From Eledone cirrhosa (taxonomy: Eukaryota), in the NCBI GenBank assembly GCA_964016885.1, contig OZ024746.1, positions 81,964,001 through 82,028,000 on the forward strand: a stretch of 64,000 nucleotides of DNA, read 5' to 3'. The notes under the pieces were generated by a model. The model saw only the letters and a program-made list of their open reading frames with translations. It ran no database searches and was not told where the DNA came from. The position numbers and the translations under genes are program-made. Numbering within the stretch: position 1 is the stretch's first letter; each line of letters begins with the position of its first letter. Of the stretch, positions 55,505-64,000 are shown in pieces.

Positions 55505-56884
55505 CATACATACATACATACATACATACATACATACATACATACATACATACATACATACATACATACATACATACATACATACATACATACATACATA
55601 CATACATACATACATACATACATACATAAAACAAACAATAAAACAAGTCTCGTTAAAGTTTAATGTCTCATAGTTAGATCGTTATAGAACCGTGCATCCG
55701 TGCATTGATAATTGAACAAGAATATAGGATAGGCAATTCATATCCTGTTGTAACGTTATGTTGTGGTGTGACTAAGTACAAATGTTATCTATTTAGAATA
55801 ATATTCTTCTTCTTCTTCTCCCCTCCTCTTCTTCTCCCCCCCCCCTCCTCCTCCTTTTAATGCTAATGAGAAAATCAAGTCTTAGTTTATAGTCAAGGGA
55901 CAAAAATGTTTCATTTTTATTGAATCTCATCAGTATAGAATAGTCTACTCAGGCCTGCTGTGATCAATTGAAGAATGTTTGTTTTACATATTGAAATTTT
56001 CTGAGTAAGATTGTTTTGCGTACGCCTTTCAGAACATTATTCTTTAATATATTTCTCTAATTTCATGGCATTGATCTACTGTAGTTATTTCCCTTAGATC
56101 ATTTTATTTTCAATTAAGAAGATAATGAGTAAATATTGCTCAATATATATTAAATAACATTTTTTATGTACCATAGCTGATATCGTATAAGCTAGAATTA
56201 TCTTACCAAAAGGTGGCGAATTGGCAAAGTCGTTAGAACGTCAGAATGCTTGTGGTATTCGTTTTGGGCTCTCTGGTGCTCTGAGTTCGGAATACGCAGA
56301 GATAAACTTTACCTTCCAACCCTTTCGAGGTCGATAAAACAATATCAGTCCAGTATTGAGATCGAATATTTTTTTTTCTACATCTCTAACCGAGGATATA
56401 AATTCTTAACACCTTGGTACTTTATTAACTGGGACTCTCACGAGGAAAAGTCAATACAAATAAATATTATCTTCTCTGCAAATGAATGATGTTGGTACAA
56501 TAATGATACAACATGGCTATGCCTATTTTCTTTAACTAATCACTCGAATTATCATTATAAAAGTTTATGTTGCAAGTGCAGGCGACAAATTAGCAGAGTC
56601 GTTAGAACATCGGATAGAATGCTTTATGGTATTCATTCCGGCTCTCTGGTCCCGGAGTTCAAATCCCGTCATGGTCAACTTTCGAAGTCGATAAAAAGTA
56701 CCAGTCTACTACTGAGGTCGATTCTTCCTCTATATCTCTCTCTTATTTTCTCTCTTTCACTTTCTATCTTTCTCTAGAAGAAATCTGGTGTAATCAGGTC
56801 TGGAGAGGGATGGGATCCCCAGGCTTAAATTGCCTAAGAAACGCCATATATCAACACGGCGCCCCTTCGACTATATCAGGAGTT

Positions 56885-56948
<64 letters not shown>

Positions 56949-56953
<5 letters not shown>

Positions 56954-57131
56954 AACGAGTAGGACCCCGACGGCTGAGCTCAAGCCGTTTCGACGTCCAG
57001 AATTAGCCGTCGAAACGGCTTGAGCTCAGCCGTCGGGGTCCTACTCGTTCCTATTACCCACTCTACTACCCTAAGTATTGAGTACTTTGGTGCGTTATGG
57101 TCCACCTGGTTCCTTACCACATTTCCTCCGT

Positions 57132-57132
<1 letters not shown>
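56949..57132 (+). mobile_element. PLE-type fold-back (56949-56995 / 57008-57054) carrying the 3' half of a hammerhead
   Basis: Perfect 47-bp arms; GAAA-CGGCT TGAGCTC AGCCG-TC (GUC ending at 57034). The CUGANGA half is absent. Flanked by (TA)n. Confidence 0.75.
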
Positions 57133-57162
<30 letters not shown>

Positions 57163-59571
57163 CAAGTTGAATTTCTCAAGAAGAATTTACTTTATTACAT
57201 ATTAAATTAGGATCATATATTAAACGATTTGTGGCATTTAAGTGGCGTGATTTCCGAGTTTAAATCCCACTCTATCGATGTTTGCCCTTCATCTTTCTGT
57301 AGTAAAAGGAAAACAAAGAGAAATGTTTAGCATACTAGTGTATTGTTGTAAAATGGCATTGTTAAAATGGACATTGTTTGGATGAAATATATTTTCGAGG
57401 ACTTTATTGATATAGTTTACGTATTTGATATATATATAGAAGTGCCAACATCGATTTGTTTCATTCTCTTATTTGGGAATGTACATTTTAGTTGCTGTCA
57501 AATAAATTGCAGTTTTGCGATTGATAATAGGATTGCATGTCAGAACCGCTCTTTTTCAATGCTAAATTCAAATTTCATCCGACCTTTTCGGTATAAAGCT
57601 TATCTTTATGTCAAAATGTAAATTGGAATCCTATGATGAGCCAAGAAACGGTGATGGAGTATCGAATCAACATGATCATTTATGAATGACTGCAGAAAAT
57701 TTGAAAGATACAAATTGAAACCTAATAGTGACTCAGATTTGGACAGATATGAACATTTTTTAAAACATATTATGATGCCCTTTATTAAATGAATAGAAGC
57801 AAATCTGTTTTATTAGATTTTAAGATTACCAAGTTTCGGGTTACTTATAATTCGTGTACCAGTAGGAAAGGAGTTACCGACGTTTTGGGCAAAGTTTTGG
57901 CGTAGAAGAGTGGGGAAGAAAAGTAGTAAGAGAGGCAAACGAAGAGAATTTGACAGGTGAGATGTAACAAGAACGAACCTGACGAGAGCGAGAAGGACTG
58001 GTCAGTTTAAGGCAGATAGAGATGTTTTTTGATCATATCTGTGACCACAATAAGACGTTTACCGAGAGCAGTATGCACAGACACAGACACATACAGAGAT
58101 CAATATACACACAAACATACATACGGTTAATCGTTGTACTTACACACCAATATTTGTAATGGTGGGGAGTGATTGCACACCCACACGGACAGTGATGACT
58201 GTGCTAACAGATCGCATGCTTTCGCTTACAGACACTCACAAACTGAATAATATTAAATATGATATAAAAAATGAACTTAAAATAACACAAACAAAATATA
58301 AATAAAGATAAAAGGCATTGTTATAGAAGCTTTCTGCATAATGCACCTGCATAAAGTCAAGTGGAGTGGGATAGGATTAAGGACAATAAAAAAAAAAGAG
58401 AAACGTTTATTCAGAGATCTTCCGTGAGTTTTAGGATATTTTGTTTTGTCTTTTTAGTTACTATTATGTATTATGTATTCTCAACTCTCAACATTCAGGC
58501 AGATCTTTTCGTTCGTCCGTGATTGATGAGTGGGTTTCAAGTACATTAGCTGAATGCCACTTCCTAACCAAGATGTAGTGCGAATTCTGATAAACCCCCG
58601 CTTTGTTTTTAACTTCACAATGAACACATAGAGCAAAACTTATTCTAAACTATCTTGCTCTACTTCAACTGTTTCATCATTACATACACATAGTCGCCAT
58701 TTTTTAAACTTCTCCGCTCAATGCAAATCGACAAAGCTTTGACAGTTTTCACTCATCTCCTTTACTTTACGGGAAAAACCAACCAGGCTGCGAAGGAGGA
58801 AAGCCCAGCGTAAAGTAGTTTACTGGTTTTGTTGCTGAAAGCCAACAGCAGTTATGAGAAATGAAGTCATTCATGAACGAAAGCAAATGTATCTGTAAAT
58901 CTTCCATTTATCAGCCGCTTTGAGTGATTTACGCAATATTTTGGGGGTGGCTATGTACAAAGGACATAGAGACTTAGGAGATGTATTGTGCATGAAATGG
59001 ACTTATACATGTATATATACGGAAACCTCTTCCAACCTGCCAAATATCAACCTATCACTCTCATGTCTAGTATTTTAAAGATAATGGAATCAGTCAGAAA
59101 TAGCCATATTTTTATGAATTATAGTTATTTACACTTTAAATGATATTCAATAGGGTTTATTTAGGGTCATATCTGCCGAAAATTTAATCTTCTACATCAC
59201 ACACTTATTGAATGGTAGAATACCTGTTAAAACGCTCTACTTATGATATGGCACTCTAATACAGTGGTGCTCAACCGGGGTCCATACAAGAATGATGGAG
59301 TCCACACACAAAAAAGTAAATTGAGGGTACCAAGTTGTATTTTAGAGACCCATGAATTTTTTTTATTTCAAAGAAAATATCTTAAGCTTTAGAGAAATAA
59401 AACAAATTAAATTAAAAAAAAAAAAAAAAAAAGCAATTAACCAAAGCAGTTCGTTAAAAAATGACCCAGGAATTAATAGAAATCAAAAGAAATGATACTG
59501 GAGAAAAACAATAACAGAATCAGTGTATGTATATTATATATGTATATATACGTAGATGTATATATATATTT

Positions 59572-59609
<38 letters not shown>

Positions 59610-59635
59610 TAGAAAGAGTCTAGACTCTCTCATTC

Positions 59636-59709
<74 letters not shown>

Positions 59710-59732
59710 TATGTATATGTATATATATATAA

Positions 59733-59940
59733 AGGTGCGTGGTTAGATAATTGGATTTGCAATTGTGAGGTTGTGAGTTCGATTCCCGGACCAGGCGATG
59801 CGTTATGTCCTTGGGCAAGACAATTTATTTCACTTTGCTCCTTCTACCTGGAGTTGCGACCGATAGATAGTAGTAGCAATTGGAAAGACTAATAGTGGCA
59901 ACATTGCTTCCTCGGTATGATTTGACGAAAGTCAATCGAA
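59733..59940 (+). mobile_element. tRNA-derived SINE (CORE-like)
   Basis: GGTGCGTGGTTAGATAA...GAGTTCGATTCCCGGACC...TGTCCTTGGGCAAG; 3' part is nearly identical to 54160-54295. Confidence 0.8.
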
Positions 59941-60023
59941 TCTCGATATATAAATATATATATGTGTCTGTGTGTAAATATACATACATACATACACATA
60001 CATGTAATCACATACACACTCAT

Positions 60024-60059
<36 letters not shown>

Positions 60060-60060
60060 T

Positions 60061-60129
<69 letters not shown>

Positions 60130-60186
60130 GGGTGTGTGTGTGTACATGTATGTGTATGCATGTTTGTATATTTACACATATATATG

Positions 60187-60223
<37 letters not shown>

Positions 60224-61730
60224 GAACTGATTATTCTTTCTTTGATTTTATTATTTTCATATATATTTATTTCTTATTTTATTTCTTATTCATTGTCTAA
60301 AGAATTTAGTTGTCAAAGTTTATGTGCAATAAATTGGTTATACTTCTATTATACACAATCTTTTATACAATAGTTTTTAACAATTTGTTATGCAATTCGT
60401 AATAATATTTAATTATAAAATACAATAGGATTTTTAAAATTGGCTCTGGGGGGTTCACCAGAGTAAAATATGAATCAAAGAGGTCCATAAGGTTCATAAG
60501 TGAACAAAGGCTGACAGCCACCTCTCTAATCAATGTTCTATGAATTCTAGAATACATCAAGCATCTGTTTCGGGTTTGTAGGGAAAAATAATGATAATTA
60601 TGTGACATTTCGTCTCTTATCAATTTTATTTAAGTTATATTTGCTTTCTGTATTTAAGGTTTTGGCTTTACCAAACTAAAGTTAAACGTCACTCTCAAAG
60701 CCCTGAAAATGACAACGAAGAAATTCTCGTTTATTTTGTTTGTGTATTTCTTACGGATACACATGTAGCTCATAATACTCAAGCTGGAAATTAAAAAAAC
60801 AACTAGCTATAAATTCAAAATGCCAAGAGTTTATTCTTTATTTAAAGCCCACATCATACATAACATTAACAAAGCTGATTTGTATTGTAAAATCTGTATT
60901 TGACAAGTGATGAGGTTAATATTATGGTAGTGGCATTCCTTCCTGTAATACACTTCATCTATTCCTTTTGCACAGAAAGATATTTCGTTAAATTACATGA
61001 CAAAGTACTTAAGTAGTGATTATTTTTTTAATTGCTTCTAGAAACGTTAGAAAATAAAATGGACCAATTTAGTTGCTTTTTAGTTATTCAAATCTCATTA
61101 AATTTTTTTTGAATATCTCTGAAGATACGCTCAGTTGCAGAGAAAATTAGAAAATTGAATTATTTGAAAATTTTAGCTGCTATGAGGGAAATATTCTGGA
61201 AAATAATACAATTACGAATTTAATGCAAATATTTCTCTAACTGTTAGTAATAATAAAGAGTAATTACATAGTGAACTAAAATCATGGTTGAAATCTTTAC
61301 ATTAACCATGCCAATTCTCACGAGAAAGAAATGAATATCTCACAATCTTATTTCTCTCTTCTATAATTCTTATAAATTTGAAGAATTATGTTTGCACATG
61401 AAATCAATAAATGATGTTTAATGCTTAGAGTATAAAACCAATCTAAATTGGCGTTTAAAATACTATTAGTTCGTGACTCATATCATATCTCTACAAACAA
61501 GTATGGAAATAATTCTAAGACGTTTCACTCTTATTCGGAATCTGCAGGATTATAATCGCACTAAATCTTACAGTGTAAGTGGTTGAATCATATACACATA
61601 ATTGTATATTTGTTGAAGATAATTGTTTAAATGTCATGCGCCATCTGCGTGATGAATGATGGTTAAATAGGTGAATGACTGTTAAGTTAATACTCGGAAT
61701 ACTAAAAAAAAGTGAAAGTAATATAAAATA

Positions 61731-61931
61731 CAGGGTGGGCCAAAAGTCACTTCCTATTAAAAAAAATAATAATTTTTTTTATTATTAAAATATTGTATAC
61801 TTGTTTCTTTCAGAAGTTGAATAAACGTAAGATACAATTATGGAACACTCTCCAAGAAAAATTAGTTTTATGTTAATTTGTGATGTTTTATTAATAAGAT
61901 ATAGCTAAGAAGTGACTTTTGGCCCACCCTA
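61731..61931. mobile_element. Tc1/mariner-type MITE with TA target duplication
   Basis: TA|CAGGGTGGGCCAAAAGTCACTTC ... GAAGTGACTTTTGGCCCACCCTA|TA, 23-bp TIRs. Confidence 0.88.
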
Positions 61932-63191
61932 TATAAAATTATAAAAGATTACGTTAGCAGTGGTATTGTGAATCACAAAGCGTTCTCGCCCTCCAACTTA
62001 GTAGCTTCGGCCATAAACTGAGTCCTTGCCATTCCTTCCGTTTTCTGTTTTTCTTTCTTTTTCTCTTTTTTCTTTTTATTTTCCTTTTCTAAATTTTCTT
62101 TTTTTCTTTTTCTATAAAACTGTATTTACATGATATTATTACACATCAAGCAGAATTAAACCTTCAGCGAGTTGAGGCCATGAATCGACTTAGTTTCTTA
62201 TCTATATCTATTCAGTAACTTTCTTTTCATTCTTTTACTGACTTTAGATATTGGTGCAGTACAGCTATACTGAAGCACAACTTTCAATGATTTAGTCAAT
62301 CATATCGATTCCAGTACTTATTTAAGTGTACATCGTTTACTGATCTCTGTTTGTCGAACAGCTAGGTTGCGAGACATAAAGGGATACAACAAAAACAGCA
62401 CTAGTTATTAGACTAGTATAAACATAAAGAGATGGATCCCCTCCATGTAAGTATATGTATGTATATAATGGGCTCCATCATAGTTTCTGTCTACCAAATT
62501 CCGCTCATAAGACGTTGGTTAATCTGAGGCTATATTAGAAGACACTTATCCATAATCTCAACAGTTGAATCGAACTCGGAACCACGCCATTAAAGGCAAA
62601 CGTCTTAACTACACAGTCATTTCTATACCTATTATCTTAGTATTGTAGTAAGGCTATTGAATACTTCTTTAGTTTTCAATGCTCCATTGTGTTCAATTTG
62701 AATATAATTCCCCGCTTGGTCTTTATGGAAAGTGAAATGCTTTGCAAAGCATAATCAATATTTGTTTTAATAAATATGTTATAAGACTGAGACTGCCAGT
62801 CGATCTAAACAATAAGACTAAACAAGATGTATGTTTTCAAATCCAACAAGGAGACATATTTCTTTCATTCTTAACCGTAATAAGCAGCTACACGAATCCA
62901 AATTTCATCTTCTCACTACCGGCTTCCCCTCACATTCAAACATTCTATAAAACATCAATCCAACTGCCTTCGCTGTGAAAACCACAGAGATACTATGGGA
63001 CAGTGAAAGAAGTTTAACACGATCAGTTAGCCGTGTAGACTTACTGCCAGTTGTCAAGCAAATCATACTCCACCATCTTAAAATAGGAAGCACTTATTCA
63101 GATAATGAAAATGCAAGTCTTACTTTCTAATGTAATATGATCGAAATTAAGCTTCTATTTCTAGCAGCTCGGATGATCACATAGAGCCTGC

Positions 63192-63251
<60 letters not shown>

Positions 63252-64000
63252 TCACACACATATCTTAGTAGAATACTAGGCCTTTCCCTGATGAAAAGTA
63301 AATATATATGTATCATAATAATTTTTAATGTAGGGATATAAGTATTTGTTTTTTTATGTAAGAAATCTAATTTCATATTAGTTTGATATGTAATGTTAAC
63401 AGCAATCATAGCAGCAGCAGCATATGAGATTATAGTTGACGTAGTTATTTTAACTGCGTGTTTTGTAAAGCTTTTTACAATTTATTGGGCATCAGGTCTG
63501 AAGACAGAGGAGCCGAACTCCCACTGCTCCATCTCTCTTCCCTCCCCCATCTCTTACTATTATGAGCAAATGAGCGGACAAAATGGAGAAGGAGTTTCCC
63601 CGGAGGATGGTAAGGGAGATGGTAAGGGAAGAGGCATTATTATTTATTTCCAAAATAAATAATATACCATTCTTGTGTCTAATGCATTGTGTTACATACA
63701 TGCATAATGTATTATACTCAATATGAACACTTCAGATAGAAAAGTTCACAATGTTTGTGTCAACAAAGATAATACGCCATTAATGTGGATATAAGTTGTA
63801 ACGATGAAAGAATGGTATTTAACTAGGGTATTGGTACGCGATGGGGCCCACCCACAGCCCCAGCGGACAGAATGGAGAAGGCGTTTCCCCGGAGGACGGC
63901 AAGGGGAGACGCGCTGGAAAAGCCACTCCAACTCGCGGGACACACCTGCAGCTGGCCAGCTGAGCGCCTATGGTGGGGCCGAGGACACCAGAAGTTTCCA

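Overview
AT-rich, microsatellite-laden eukaryotic DNA, probably from a cephalopod (octopus-like; inferred from the SINE types and the (TA)n/(TG)n/(TATG)n density). The only intact host gene I can support is a class A GPCR with an uninterrupted CDS (1818-2813, minus). The rest is transposon debris: Helitrons, CRE-like, R4/Dong-like, L1/Tx1, RTE, Penelope-like elements, Tc1/mariner and hAT MITEs, and many tRNA-derived SINEs. The most notable signal is a young, non-coding, tandem 557/558-bp repeat (18791-20463) embedded in (TA)n. Each unit carries a complete type I hammerhead ribozyme, and an inverted partial copy lies at the 5' end. This is a retrozyme or non-autonomous Penelope-like architecture that predicts ~557-nt self-cleaved monomer or circular RNAs. 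At least eight more hammerhead-like motifs from different sequence families (intact, half or decayed) occur in (TA)n-flanked islands, usually inside fold-back inverted repeats. All structures were read by eye; no folding or database search was run.
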